A stretch of 64,000 bases of DNA from an uncultured Chloroflexia bacterium (GCA_963819655.1 CAWFXA010000002.1:384001-448000), one strand, 5' to 3'; shown: positions 39,888 through 51,149, counted from the first letter of the stretch. Notes: a model not told the origin generated them from the letters alone. A program made the numbers and translations.

Positions 39888-41099
39888 GTGACGGACCTGC
39901 GACCCGAGCTCCGGCGCGACGGGCCGACCGATCTCTCGGACGTCGGCGAAGATGCTGCCCTCGTGGAGCGGATCCGCGACGAGATCCAGCGCGGCGGGCC
40001 TATGCCCTTCGCGCGCTTCATGGACCTCGCGCTGTACGACCCCGACGGCGGCTATTACCGGTCGGGCGATGCTCGGCCCGGTCGCGGCGGCGACTTCCTG
40101 ACCGCCCCTGAACTTCATCCGATCTTCGGCGAGATGCTCGCCCGGGCCGTCGTCCAGGCCTGGGAGCGCACGGAGCGTCCGGACCCGTTCGTCGTCGTCG
40201 AGCACGGCGCGGGCGAGGGTGCGCTGGCGACATCGCTGCTCGACGCCGTGCGTGACACCCCGCTCGCGGGCTCCATCCGCTACCGCCCCGTCGAGGTCGA
40301 CGACAAACGGATGCTGGCGCTGCGGGATCGGCTCGAGACGTCCGGCCTCGCCGATCGGCTGGACATCGGGTCGTCCGATGCTCCGTTCGATGGGGTCGTC
40401 CTCGCCAACGAGGTCCTCGACGCGCTCCCTGTCCATCGCGTTCGGCGGGTGGACGGCGTGCTGCGCGAGCTGGCGGTCGTTCTCGGGCCGGACGGCGCGT
40501 TCGTCGAGGTCGCCATCGCGCCGACGACGGTTGCGCTCGCGGAGCGGCTCGCCGCCGAGGGCGTCGAGCTCGTCGATGGTCAGACGGCCGAGATCTGCCT
40601 CGCCCTGGACGCCTGGATCGCGCGTGCGACTGCCCCGTTGCGGCGCGGGCTGGCACTTCTCATCGACTACGGCGCAATCGCGGCCGAGCTGTACGACCCC
40701 GCGCGCCGACGCCACGGTACGCTGCGCGCCTACGTGCGACACCAAGTCCACGACGATCCGTATCGGTTCGTCGGGCGTCAGGACCTGACCGCGCACGTCG
40801 ACGTGACGGCGGTCGAGCGAGCCGCTGTCGCCGCGGGCCTCACGACGGTCGGGATCACGACCCAGGCCGAGGCGCTGATGGGCCTCGGCATCGAGGAGCG
40901 GCTCCGCGAGATCCAAGGGGACCCGGCGACGACGTTCGAGGACTACACGCTGCTGCGATCCGCCCTGCTGCGGCTGCTCGACCCGGCTGCCATGGGCCGG
41001 TTCCGGTTCATGGTCTTCGGCCGCGACTGGCCGTCGGTAGCGGGTCTGGACCTGCTCGGCTATCGATTGCCGGGCCGAGCGGGGCGACCGACCGACTAG
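39888..41099 (+). CDS. SAM-dependent methyltransferase, MidA/NDUFAF7 family
   Basis: GPMPFARFMDLALYDP.GGYY, GDFLTAPEL, EHGAGEG, ANEVLDALP, IDYG, QDLTAHVD. Confidence 0.9.
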   Translation: MTDLRPELRRDGPTDLSDVGEDAALVERIRDEIQRGGPMPFARFMDLALYDPDGGYYRSGDARPGRGGDFLTAPELHPIFGEMLARAVVQAWERTERPDPFVVVEHGAGEGALATSLLDAVRDTPLAGSIRYRPVEVDDKRMLALRDRLETSGLADRLDIGSSDAPFDGVVLANEVLDALPVHRVRRVDGVLRELAVVLGPDGAFVEVAIAPTTVALAERLAAEGVELVDGQTAEICLALDAWIARATAPLRRGLALLIDYGAIAAELYDPARRRHGTLRAYVRHQVHDDPYRFVGRQDLTAHVDVTAVERAAVAAGLTTVGITTQAEALMGLGIEERLREIQGDPATTFEDYTLLRSALLRLLDPAAMGRFRFMVFGRDWPSVAGLDLLGYRLPGRAGRPTD

Positions 41100-41172
41100 G
41101 GCGAATGCCGTATTGCCCCGACGGGGCCTTCGGCGTCAGGCTGACCGTGGTCGTCGCACGACCGCACCGTCA

Positions 41173-41223
41173 CGGGGGGCGCGACGTGAACCTGCACGCG
41201 CGCTCGGCGCGTCGCGCCCCCCG
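41173..41223. terminator. 14-bp perfect inverted repeat after midA (terminator-like)
   Basis: CGGGGGGCGCGACG...CGTCGCGCCCCCCG. Confidence 0.5.
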
Positions 41224-41451
41224 CTCCGGTGCCCACGAAGCCATCGGCACGGTCCCCCAGCGTGCCCGGATCCGGATCAGCGCTCCTCCTCTGCCGATCC
41301 GGCGGCTCCCACGGCGAGGCGTCCCCCAGCGCCTCGCCGACCCCTGTCGTGACCCGTTCGAAGGCGTGCCCGCTGATAGAATGGCCGTGCGTGGAGGCTC
41401 CACGGAGCCACCCCTGCCCGCCGCCTCCGACCGGTCCCGAAGGGAGTTCGC

Positions 41452-41817
41452 TTGGAACAGCTCTGGTACGTCGTGGGCTTCGCCTTCGCCGGCGTGTCGT
41501 TCGTCTTCCTGACGATCGGTGCCGCGTGGTTGGTCTCACACCGCAATCGCGGCGACGTCCACAAGGGCCTGCCGTACGAATCGGGCATCGATACCTATGG
41601 CGATACGCACGGCCGGTTCGGGCTGTCGTTCTACATCTACGCCCTGCTGTTCGTGGCCTTCGACATCGAGGTGATCTTCATCTACCTCTGGGCGATCGTC
41701 TTCCAGGATCCCGCGCTGAACCCGGCGGCGCTGTTCGTGAGCATGGTGGTCTTCGTGGCGATCCTGCTCCTGGGCCTCGCCTACGCCTGGCGGAAGGGGG
41801 CCCTGACGTGGCGCTGA
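41452..41817 (+). CDS. nuoA: NADH-quinone oxidoreductase subunit A
   Basis: [31 protein letters not shown]; TTG start after GGGAG. Confidence 0.95.
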   Translation: MEQLWYVVGFAFAGVSFVFLTIGAAWLVSHRNRGDVHKGLPYESGIDTYGDTHGRFGLSFYIYALLFVAFDIEVIFIYLWAIVFQDPALNPAALFVSMVVFVAILLLGLAYAWRKGALTWR

Positions 41818-42563
41818 AGACGACACCGGATGGCCTCGGGGCCGGCCCCTCGGACGAGACCGCGATCTCGTCGGACGTCCCGGCCCAGCCCGGCCTCCCG
41901 GCGACCCGCCCGTCCGACGCTGTCGCGAATCCGATCGTCGTGCGGAACTCGCTCTGGCAGGCGGCGGATCCGTCCGCGTACGACGGCGGCCGCCCCACCG
42001 ACATCACCCACCTCGCGGAGCTCGAGGCGAGTGGCGCGGGCCGGCGCGACGATGCGCGCTGGAGTGGCGTCCTCGAGGTCATCCCCACCAAGGCCGACTA
42101 CGTGCTCGACCTCATCCGGATGAACAGCCTGTGGCCACTCCTGTCGGGGCTCGCGTGCTGCGCGATCGAGATGATGTCGGCGGCGACCTCCAAGAACGAC
42201 ATGGACCGGTGGGGCATGTTCCCGTTCCGGGCGAGCCCGCGTCAGGCCGACGTGCTCATCGTCGCCGGCACGCTGACGACGAAGATGGCCGGGCCACTGG
42301 TCCGCCTCTGGGAGCAGATGCCGGAGCCGAAGTGGTGCGTCGCGATGGGCGACTGCACGTGCTCGGGTGGCCGGTACAAGCGGAGCTACTCGACGGTCGA
42401 GGGGATCGATCGGGTCATGCCGGTGGACGTCTACGTCCCGGGCTGCCCGCCCCGGCCAGAGGGCCTCATCTACGGGATGATGAAGCTCCAGCAGCTGGTC
42501 AAGGACCGTCGCGGTCATTGGCCGGAGCGAGCCATCGGCCCGACCGTCCCCGAGCAGGTCTGA
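41808..42563 (+). CDS. nuoB: NADH-quinone oxidoreductase subunit B
   Basis: [37 protein letters not shown]. Confidence 0.96.
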   Translation: MALKTTPDGLGAGPSDETAISSDVPAQPGLPATRPSDAVANPIVVRNSLWQAADPSAYDGGRPTDITHLAELEASGAGRRDDARWSGVLEVIPTKADYVLDLIRMNSLWPLLSGLACCAIEMMSAATSKNDMDRWGMFPFRASPRQADVLIVAGTLTTKMAGPLVRLWEQMPEPKWCVAMGDCTCSGGRYKRSYSTVEGIDRVMPVDVYVPGCPPRPEGLIYGMMKLQQLVKDRRGHWPERAIGPTVPEQV

Positions 42564-42565
42564 CC

Positions 42566-43114
42566 GTGGACCGAGCCTTCAAGGCCCGCCTCGAGCGGCG
42601 GTTCGGCGAGCAGCTGACGGGCCCCATCCGGCAGCGCCACGACGAGACGGAGATCCGGATCGGGCCGGGCGACGTGACCCAGGTCATCACCGCGCTCCAC
42701 GACGAGCCGGAGTTCGGCTTCGAATTCCTGGCCGACCTGGCCGGGGTGGATACGGGCGACGTCATGCAGGTCGTGTACCACCTGTGGAGCGCGACCACGC
42801 CCGACTGGCTTCGGGTCATCGCCGACGGCCTGCCGCGCGAGGACCCGCGCGTCCCGTCGGTGACTTTCATGTGGAAGGGCGCCGAGTGGATGGAACGCGA
42901 GGCCTACGACATGTTCGGCATCACGTTCGAAGGCAATCGCGACCTGCGCCGCATCTACCTCCCTCCCGACTACACGAGCTTCCCTCTCCGAAAGGACTTC
43001 TACCTTCCGGACGACGCGGCCCGTTCCCCGGGCGCGGGCGTCCGACCCATGGAACGGACGCACACCCCACGCGAGACCCCGGCGACGGCGAACGTCCGTC
43101 GGGGCGGTGCGTGA
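42566..43114 (+). CDS. nuoC: NADH-quinone oxidoreductase subunit C
   Basis: VVYHL, WMEREAYDMFGITFEG, FPLRKDF. Confidence 0.95.
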   Translation: MDRAFKARLERRFGEQLTGPIRQRHDETEIRIGPGDVTQVITALHDEPEFGFEFLADLAGVDTGDVMQVVYHLWSATTPDWLRVIADGLPREDPRVPSVTFMWKGAEWMEREAYDMFGITFEGNRDLRRIYLPPDYTSFPLRKDFYLPDDAARSPGAGVRPMERTHTPRETPATANVRRGGA

Positions 43115-43142
43115 CCTCCCGCGCGAACGGCAAGGACCTGCG

Positions 43143-44408
<1,266 letters not shown>

Positions 44409-44553
44409 CGTGCCGATCGACTGTCGGCGACCCGTGGGACGGCCGATGCCGGCGTTGCCGCCTCCGCTGCAGTCGCTCACGTAGCTCGGGCTACGCTCGC
44501 TCCGCTGCTCGGCGGCGCCTTGGCCTCGGCTCGGGTGCCGACGAGTCGGCACG
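44409..44553 (+). repeat. Structured intergenic hairpin repeat, copy 3
   Basis: GCCGATGCCGGCGTTGCCGCC...TCGCTCACGTAG-CTCGGG-CTACGCTCGCTCC...GGCGGCGCCTTGGCCTCGGC. Confidence 0.8.
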
Positions 44554-44586
44554 AGCCGTTCGACAGGGCGCCGGGAAGACGGCCGG

Positions 44587-45936
44587 ATGACTGTGATCGG
44601 GCGGTCGTGGAGCAGGCTGACGCTGCCGGGGAAGGTCGTGTTCACGGTCGTCCCGCTATTGCTGCTGCTGACGATCGGGGCGATCGCGCTGATCGTGATC
44701 TTCGGCCAGGCGATCGTCGACATCCTCGTCGCCAACCTGCCGATCGTCCGCTTCGTCGTCGCCGTCACGGTCATCCTGATCGCGACCGTCCCGACCGCGT
44801 TCCTGATCATCTACATGGAGATGAAGATCATCGCTCTGATGAATCTTCGGATCGGGCCGGACCGGGTCGGGCCGTTCGGGTCGCTCCTGTCAACGGTCCA
44901 CGGGTTGAAGGTCCTCATGAAGGAGGACTTCACGCCGACCGGCGCGGATTCGCTGGTCTTCACGTGGGCGCCGGTCGTCGTCTACCTCGCGAGCGTCCTG
45001 TCGCTGCTCGTCATCCCGTTCGCACCCGGCTTGTTCGGGTATGACCTCAATCTCGGGCTGCTGTATTTCTTCGCGATCGGCGGCCTGGCCGTGGTCGGCC
45101 TGCTGATGGCCGGCTGGTCGAGCTACAACAAGTACTCGCTCCTGGGCGGATTGCGCGCGGCGGCCCAGGTCATCAGCTACGAGATCCCGCTGACGCTGTC
45201 GGTCGTCGGCCTGATGCTCCTGGCCGGGACGATGAGCCTGAACACGCTCGTCGAGAACCAGACCGGCTGGTTCACCGACTGGTACATCTTCCAGCAGCCG
45301 CTCGGGGCTCTCATCTTCTTCATCGCGGCTACCGCCGAGGCGAACCGCACCCCGTTCGACCTGACCGAGGCCGACTCGGAGATCGTCGCCGGGTTCGCGA
45401 CCGAGTACTCGGGCATGCGGTTCGGGTTCTTCTTCTTTGCCGAGTACGTGAACGTGTTCATCGTCTCGGCCCTGTTCGTCACGCTCTTCCTGGGTGGCTG
45501 GAATGCGCCGTTCCCGTGGCCATGGCCGGTCGAGCTGAACATCGATCCAGCGTCGTTCAACATCGGCCTGCTGTTCATCCTCGGCCTGGTGCCGGTCGTC
45601 CTGACGCTGTTGTTCGGCGCGCCCTTCTACCTGCTGAACTCGCGCATCAGATGGTGGCAGGCGCTGCTCATCGGGTTCGTTCTTGCGAACCTGTTCATCG
45701 TCACGCTGCTCGGCGCGTGGGCGTACCTCGGACTGCCGTGGGTCGCCGGTATCCTCTGGTTCATGCTCAAGACCTACACGCTCGTGTTCACGTTCGTGTG
45801 GATGCGCGGCACCTTGCCCCGGGTCCGGATCGACCAGCTGATGGACTTCGCGTGGAAGTGGCTGCTGCCGGTGTCGCTGCTCAACCTGTTCGTGACGGCC
45901 GGCGCGATCGTCGTCATCAAGGGACTGGGTCGATGA
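44587..45936 (+). CDS. nuoH: NADH-quinone oxidoreductase subunit H (extra TM segments)
   Basis: RIGPDRVGP, NKYSLLGGLR, QVISYE, NRTPFDLTEADSE, RGTLPRVRIDQL. Confidence 0.96.
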   Translation: MTVIGRSWSRLTLPGKVVFTVVPLLLLLTIGAIALIVIFGQAIVDILVANLPIVRFVVAVTVILIATVPTAFLIIYMEMKIIALMNLRIGPDRVGPFGSLLSTVHGLKVLMKEDFTPTGADSLVFTWAPVVVYLASVLSLLVIPFAPGLFGYDLNLGLLYFFAIGGLAVVGLLMAGWSSYNKYSLLGGLRAAAQVISYEIPLTLSVVGLMLLAGTMSLNTLVENQTGWFTDWYIFQQPLGALIFFIAATAEANRTPFDLTEADSEIVAGFATEYSGMRFGFFFFAEYVNVFIVSALFVTLFLGGWNAPFPWPWPVELNIDPASFNIGLLFILGLVPVVLTLLFGAPFYLLNSRIRWWQALLIGFVLANLFIVTLLGAWAYLGLPWVAGILWFMLKTYTLVFTFVWMRGTLPRVRIDQLMDFAWKWLLPVSLLNLFVTAGAIVVIKGLGR

Positions 45937-46610
45937 GCTTCGTCCCCGGCCTCGGCATCGTGAAGGGAATGGCCCTGACCCTTCGGCGCTTCTTCGAGCC
46001 GAAGGTCACGATCATGTATCCGGAGGTGCGGCTCGACGTCCCGCACAAGTTCCGCGGCCGTCTGCAGCTGCTCTACGACGAGTGGGGCACGCTCAAGTGC
46101 GAGACCTGCTTCCAGTGCGCCCAGGCGTGTCCGATCGAGTGTATCGACATGGGCGGCATCGACACGCGCGGCCGCTACCACGTCCACTGGGGAGCGCCCG
46201 AGACCTATGGCGAGCGACGCGAGGAATCGGCGATGCGCCGCTCGGGCCGGCCCGTCCCGGACCCCGCCTATCGGCCGTTCGAGCCGATCGCGATGGGCGA
46301 GGTAGACCGCGTCCTCGAGGAGTACGACCACGACCCGGCGCGGATGCTCGACATCCTCGAGGCGACCCAGGACGCTTACGGCTATCTCCCCGTAGCTGCC
46401 CTCAAGCGCATCAGCCACGCGACCGGCGCCTGGTACGCGATGATCTACGGTACCGCCAGCTACTACGCCCACCTGCGGTTTGAGCCGGCGAGCGCCAGCG
46501 AGCAGGCAGCGGCGGTCGCCGAGCATCGGCCAGCCGAGGGGACATACCTGTCTGCCCTCGGCGCGGCGCTCGAGGGAGGCGGTCGCCCGGGCGCGCCCGC
46601 CCGCGCCTGA
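45933..46610 (+). CDS. nuoI: Fusion: NuoI N-half (one CxxCxxCxxxCP) + NuoE N-terminal helical domain
   Basis: KGMALTL..F...VTIMYPE...FRG...KCETCFQCAQACP then 'LDILEATQDAYGYLP...YGTASYY'; no second ferredoxin motif and no NuoE 2Fe-2S cysteines. Confidence 0.85.
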   Translation: MSFVPGLGIVKGMALTLRRFFEPKVTIMYPEVRLDVPHKFRGRLQLLYDEWGTLKCETCFQCAQACPIECIDMGGIDTRGRYHVHWGAPETYGERREESAMRRSGRPVPDPAYRPFEPIAMGEVDRVLEEYDHDPARMLDILEATQDAYGYLPVAALKRISHATGAWYAMIYGTASYYAHLRFEPASASEQAAAVAEHRPAEGTYLSALGAALEGGGRPGAPARA

Positions 46611-46612
46611 CG

Positions 46613-47908
46613 ATGGTGACCCTGCTCAAGACCCCGGCCAGTTGGCCGCGGATCCTGCTGGCCCGAGCCGGCGAGAAGGACCCCACCGACCTCGATGCCG
46701 CCGTCGCTGCCGGGGCCTTCGACGGCCTGCGGCGCGCGATCCGCGACCTCGGCGGGGCCGCCACGATCGCGACCATCGCGGCCTCCGGCCTGCGCGGGCG
46801 TGGCGGCGCGGGCTACCCGACCGGTGACAAATGGCGGACGGCGGCAGACACCGATGCCGACCGCCGGTACGTCGTCGCCAACGGCTACGGCGCCGACCCG
46901 GCGTCGCACACCGATCGAACGCTCATGCTGCGCGACCCGTTCGCGGTCATCGAAGGGACCGCCATCGCGGCCAGCGCCATCGGTGCGACCGAGGCCTTCA
47001 TCGCGGTCCGCGCCGAGGACGCCGACGTCGTCGCCCGGTTGTCTGCGGCGATCGGCGCGGCGACCGATGCAGGCTTCATCGGCGCCGACGTCCTCGGGTC
47101 GGGCCGTGACCTGTGGCTCACGGTCCGCCCGGTGCAGGGCGCATACATGCTCGGCGAGGAGACGGTCCTGCTCAAGGCGCTCGAAGGCAAGCGCGGCCAG
47201 CCCGAGCAGAAGCCACCGCATCCCGCCACTGTCGGCCTGTACGAGCGCCCGACGGTCGTCAACAACGTCCAGACGCTGGCCGCCGTGCCGTGGATCGTGC
47301 GCTCGGGCGCCGACGCCTACCGCGCGACCGGTTCGACCAGGTCGTCGGGCACCGTCCTCGTGCAGCTCCGGGCGCCCGGCAAGCAGGGCGTCGCCGAGGT
47401 CCCGCTGGGCACGCCGCTTCGCGACATCGTGAAGCTCGGCGGGAAGATGCCGGCCGGCCGGACGCTCCAGGCGGTGCTCATCGGCGGGCCGTCCGGCGGC
47501 CTGCTCCCGCCCGATGCGCTCGATACCCCGTACGACTTCGGGACGCTCCGCGAGGCGGGCGCCCATCTCGGCTCGGGCTCCGTTGTCGCGGTCGACGACC
47601 GTACGGACCTGCTCGAGCTGGTCGGGGTGCTGATGCGGTTCTGCGCGAACGAGGCATGCGGCAAGTCGATCCCCTGCCGCATCGGGACGAAGCGGCTGGC
47701 CGAGATCGTCGCCCGTCGCGAGGACGGGCTCCTCCGCCCGGTCGACACCCAGCTGGCGGCCGACCTGGCACACGACATCGTCGAGTCCGCCCTGTGCGAC
47801 CACGAGCGGCTCGCGACCCTCCCGCTCACGAGCGGGATGCGATACTTCGGGTCCGACTTCGACCCCGCCAACCGACCCCCGCCGGTCGCGACCGAGGCCG
47901 CCCGATGA
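46613..47908 (+). CDS. nuoF: NuoF-like flavoprotein subunit (degenerate motifs)
   Basis: GLRGRGGAGYPTGDKW, GEETVLL, PTVVNNV, GGPSGG, CGKSIPCRIG. Confidence 0.88.
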   Translation: MVTLLKTPASWPRILLARAGEKDPTDLDAAVAAGAFDGLRRAIRDLGGAATIATIAASGLRGRGGAGYPTGDKWRTAADTDADRRYVVANGYGADPASHTDRTLMLRDPFAVIEGTAIAASAIGATEAFIAVRAEDADVVARLSAAIGAATDAGFIGADVLGSGRDLWLTVRPVQGAYMLGEETVLLKALEGKRGQPEQKPPHPATVGLYERPTVVNNVQTLAAVPWIVRSGADAYRATGSTRSSGTVLVQLRAPGKQGVAEVPLGTPLRDIVKLGGKMPAGRTLQAVLIGGPSGGLLPPDALDTPYDFGTLREAGAHLGSGSVVAVDDRTDLLELVGVLMRFCANEACGKSIPCRIGTKRLAEIVARREDGLLRPVDTQLAADLAHDIVESALCDHERLATLPLTSGMRYFGSDFDPANRPPPVATEAAR

Positions 47909-50553
47909 CCGACACCCTGGCCCGCCCAGAGCGCCTGCCCTCCGGGGCCCCGACCGAGACGTCGGCGTCGCCGGACTCGCTCGCCGAGCGCCTGCTCGAC
48001 ACCCAGGCGCCACAGCGACCGCAGTCGACTCCGCGCATCCGGATCGAGGTCGATGGTCGCGTCGTCGAGGGGTTCGAGGGCCAGACGATCCTCGAGGTCT
48101 GCCGCGACAACGGCATCGAGATCCCGACGCTGTGCTACGAGCCAAAGCTGCCCGGGTTCGGGGCATGCCGGATGTGCGTCGTCGAGGTCGAAGGCGAGGA
48201 ACACCCGCCGATCTCGTGCTCGCGCTCGTGCGAGGACGGGATGAAGGTCGAAACGCAAACAGAGGAGATCCGTCGCCTGCGCCGCACCAACCTCGAGCTG
48301 ATCTTCTCCGACCACAACGCCTACTGCCTGCCGCCCTGCCAGAACAAGTGCCCGAGCCACATCGACATCCCGGGCTTCCTCAAGGCGAATGCCGAGGGCG
48401 ACTGGCGGGAGAGCACCCGCATCTTCAAGCGGACGATCCCCTTCCCGTCGGTGCTCGGGCGGGTCTGCCCGGCGCCGTGCGAGGAGCACTGCCGGCGCGA
48501 CGAGGTCGACGAGGCGATCGCGATCCGCGACACCCACCGCTACGCGGGCGACCAGGTCCTCAAGTCGATGCTCGACGAGGACGTCGATCCGCCCGTGCCG
48601 TTCGAGCGCCAGGCTCCGTCCGGGCGACGGGCCGCCGTCATCGGCTCGGGCCCGGCCGGCATGGCCGCGGCGTACTACCTGCTCATCGCCGGTCACGACG
48701 TCACGGTCTTCGAGCGCGACCCGTCGCCGGGCGGCATGCTCCGCTACGGCATCCCGCAGTACCGGCTGCCGAAGGTCGAGGTGCTCGAGGCCGAGTACGA
48801 GTCGATCTCGCGGCTCGGCGGCACGGTCGTCTGCAACGCCGGTCTGGGCCGAGACTTCACGCTCGACGACCTGACGAACCAGGGCTTCGATTCGGTCATC
48901 GTGGCGATCGGCTGCTACGACACGAACAAGCTCGGGATCCCCAACGAGGACGCCGACGGCGTCATCGACGGCCTCGAATACCTGCGAACGGCGACGCTCG
49001 GGCTGCCGTATCCGGGCCACGTCGGCAAGCGCGTCGTGGTGATCGGCGGCGGCTTCACCTCGATGGACTGCTCGCGGACGTCGATCCGCCAGGGCGCGGC
49101 CGAGGTCACGCTCGTGTACCGCCGCGACATGAAGGACATGCCCGCGGCCGACGAGGTCCACGAGGCGATCGAGGAAGGCGTCACCACGATCTTCCAGGCG
49201 GGCCCGACGCGCGTCATCACGAACCCCAAGACCGGAGCCGTGACCGGCGTCGAGTTCATCCGGATGCAGCTCGGCGAGCCGGACGCCTCCGGCCGGCGGC
49301 GCCCGGAGCCGGCATCCGGCACCGAATTCACGATCCCCTGCGATCGCGTGCTGCTGGCCATCGGTCAGGGTCCCGAGCTCGACTGGATCGGGACGCCCGG
49401 CAATGAGGGGCCCGAGGCGACGAAGCAGCGTCGTCTCAAGGCGGACGCGGTCACGTTCTGGACGGGCCGGCCCGGCGTCTTCGGCAGCGGCGATGTGCGG
49501 ATCGGCGCGGCCACGGTCGTCGAGGCGGTCGCAGAAGGCCGGCGCGCGGCCTACGCCGTGGACGCCTACATGAAGGGCATGGACCTCGACGCCATCCGCA
49601 CGCGCCAGACGCTGGCCGAGCCGCAGCCCGAGTTCCTCTCGATCGTGCCGTTCACCGGCGAGATCAAGGAGCCGCGCTATCGGATGACGCCACTGCCCGC
49701 GGAGGCGCGCAACGACAGCTACATCGAATACGAGCTGCCGTATACGCGCGAGGCGGCGATGGCGGAATCGACTCGCTGCCTGCAGTGCACGTGTGAGGCG
49801 ATCGGGTTCTGCGACCTGCGCCGGCTCGGGATCGAGTACGGCACGACCCTCCAGACGCTCGAGCCGCAGTACCACCAAGGCGCCGGCTATCGGAGCGTGA
49901 CCGAGAACCGGTTCACCGGCATCAACCACGACTACATCCGCGACGACTCCCATGCGTTCATCCTGCGCGAGCCGTCGCGCTGCATCGACTGCGGGCGCTG
50001 CGCGAACGTGTGCGCCGAGGTCGTCGGGGCGGCGTGCTACGACTTCATGCGCATCGGCTTCGACACGCTGGTCACGACGCCGCTCGACATGAGCCTCAAC
50101 GACACCCCGTGCGTGTCGTGCGGTCGCTGCGCGGAGACCTGCCCGACCGGCGCCCTGATGCCCAAGCCGCGCATCCTCGAGAAGTACGAGGTCGACGAGA
50201 GCCGCTGCATCCTGTGCGGCATCTGCGTCGACGCCTGCCCATACGACGCGCTGCGCGACGGTGCCGACATCGAGCTCGCCCACACCGGCCGCTCGGAGCC
50301 GACGATCGACCTCATGGCGCTCGCCGCGATCGACCGCGAGACCGAGGTGACCTACATCCAGCGCGAGCGCGACTGGCTCACCCGGGCGCGTGCCGAAGGC
50401 CGCGTGGTCGACCAGTCGCGACTGCTGCCGATGCTGCCCCCGGCGATCGATGGCGTGCCGAGCAACGGCGGACGCTCGAACGGGAACGGCCACGGTCACG
50501 GTCACGACGGTCATGGGGCGGTCGCCGCGCTCGGCCCTGGCCGGCACGAGTAG
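47905..50553 (+). CDS. NuoG-like Fe-S protein with inserted GltD/NfnB-type FAD/NADPH domain and C-terminal NuoI half
   Basis: IPTLC...GACRMC...SC (2Fe-2S); PCQNKCP, CPAPCEEHC, IGSGPAG, IGGGFTSMD..VYRR; CIDCGRC...CVSCGRCAETCP; YEVDESRCILCGICVDACP. Confidence 0.88.
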   Translation: MTDTLARPERLPSGAPTETSASPDSLAERLLDTQAPQRPQSTPRIRIEVDGRVVEGFEGQTILEVCRDNGIEIPTLCYEPKLPGFGACRMCVVEVEGEEHPPISCSRSCEDGMKVETQTEEIRRLRRTNLELIFSDHNAYCLPPCQNKCPSHIDIPGFLKANAEGDWRESTRIFKRTIPFPSVLGRVCPAPCEEHCRRDEVDEAIAIRDTHRYAGDQVLKSMLDEDVDPPVPFERQAPSGRRAAVIGSGPAGMAAAYYLLIAGHDVTVFERDPSPGGMLRYGIPQYRLPKVEVLEAEYESISRLGGTVVCNAGLGRDFTLDDLTNQGFDSVIVAIGCYDTNKLGIPNEDADGVIDGLEYLRTATLGLPYPGHVGKRVVVIGGGFTSMDCSRTSIRQGAAEVTLVYRRDMKDMPAADEVHEAIEEGVTTIFQAGPTRVITNPKTGAVTGVEFIRMQLGEPDASGRRRPEPASGTEFTIPCDRVLLAIGQGPELDWIGTPGNEGPEATKQRRLKADAVTFWTGRPGVFGSGDVRIGAATVVEAVAEGRRAAYAVDAYMKGMDLDAIRTRQTLAEPQPEFLSIVPFTGEIKEPRYRMTPLPAEARNDSYIEYELPYTREAAMAESTRCLQCTCEAIGFCDLRRLGIEYGTTLQTLEPQYHQGAGYRSVTENRFTGINHDYIRDDSHAFILREPSRCIDCGRCANVCAEVVGAACYDFMRIGFDTLVTTPLDMSLNDTPCVSCGRCAETCPTGALMPKPRILEKYEVDESRCILCGICVDACPYDALRDGADIELAHTGRSEPTIDLMALAAIDRETEVTYIQRERDWLTRARAEGRVVDQSRLLPMLPPAIDGVPSNGGRSNGNGHGHGHDGHGAVAALGPGRHE

Positions 50554-50555
50554 AC

Positions 50556-51149
50556 GTGCGCGCGAAGCTGCCCCAGATCATCTTCGCGCTCCTGATCATG
50601 GGCGCAGTCCTCGGCATCGCTGCCCTCCTGGTCGTCGTCCTCCACCAGGACTGGGAGGACGCGCTCCTGTGGATCCTCGGAGTCGTGATGCTGGGCGCGG
50701 GGCTCCTGGTCGTGACGATGCGCGACATCATCCGCTGCGGCCTGGCCATGATCGTCTGCTTCCTCGCGCTGGCCGGCATCTATGTCCTGATGGGCGTCCC
50801 GCTCCTCGGGGCGGCGCAGGTCATCGTGTACATCGGCGCGATCAGCGTGCTGGTCCTGTTCGCCATCATGCTGACCCAGACCAAGGACGCCCCGAGCCGG
50901 CTCGTGTTCCAGACCCAGGCCGGTCCGGCGGCGATCGCGGCGGTCGTGGTCGCGATCCTCATCGCCCTCGCCGTGGGCGCCACGGACTGGCATGAGGTCG
51001 CCCGCCGGGCGCGCCTGAGCACGACCGAGATGGCGCGGGTCCTGTTCGAGCAGTTCGTGTTCCCGTTCGAGATCGTCAGCGTGCTGCTGCTGGCCGCCGT
51101 GATCGGCGGCGTGTTCCTGGCCAAGCGCGAGCCGGGCGGTCCGTCGTGA
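50556..51149 (+). CDS. nuoJ: NADH-quinone oxidoreductase subunit J
   Basis: [34 protein letters not shown]. Confidence 0.93.
   Translation: MRAKLPQIIFALLIMGAVLGIAALLVVVLHQDWEDALLWILGVVMLGAGLLVVTMRDIIRCGLAMIVCFLALAGIYVLMGVPLLGAAQVIVYIGAISVLVLFAIMLTQTKDAPSRLVFQTQAGPAAIAAVVVAILIALAVGATDWHEVARRARLSTTEMARVLFEQFVFPFEIVSVLLLAAVIGGVFLAKREPGGPS

Noticed and set aside
41229-41807. Long in-frame N-terminal extension of nuoB overlapping nuoA
   Set aside because: No homology signal; nuoB has a plausible GTG start at 41808 with a purine-rich RBS.
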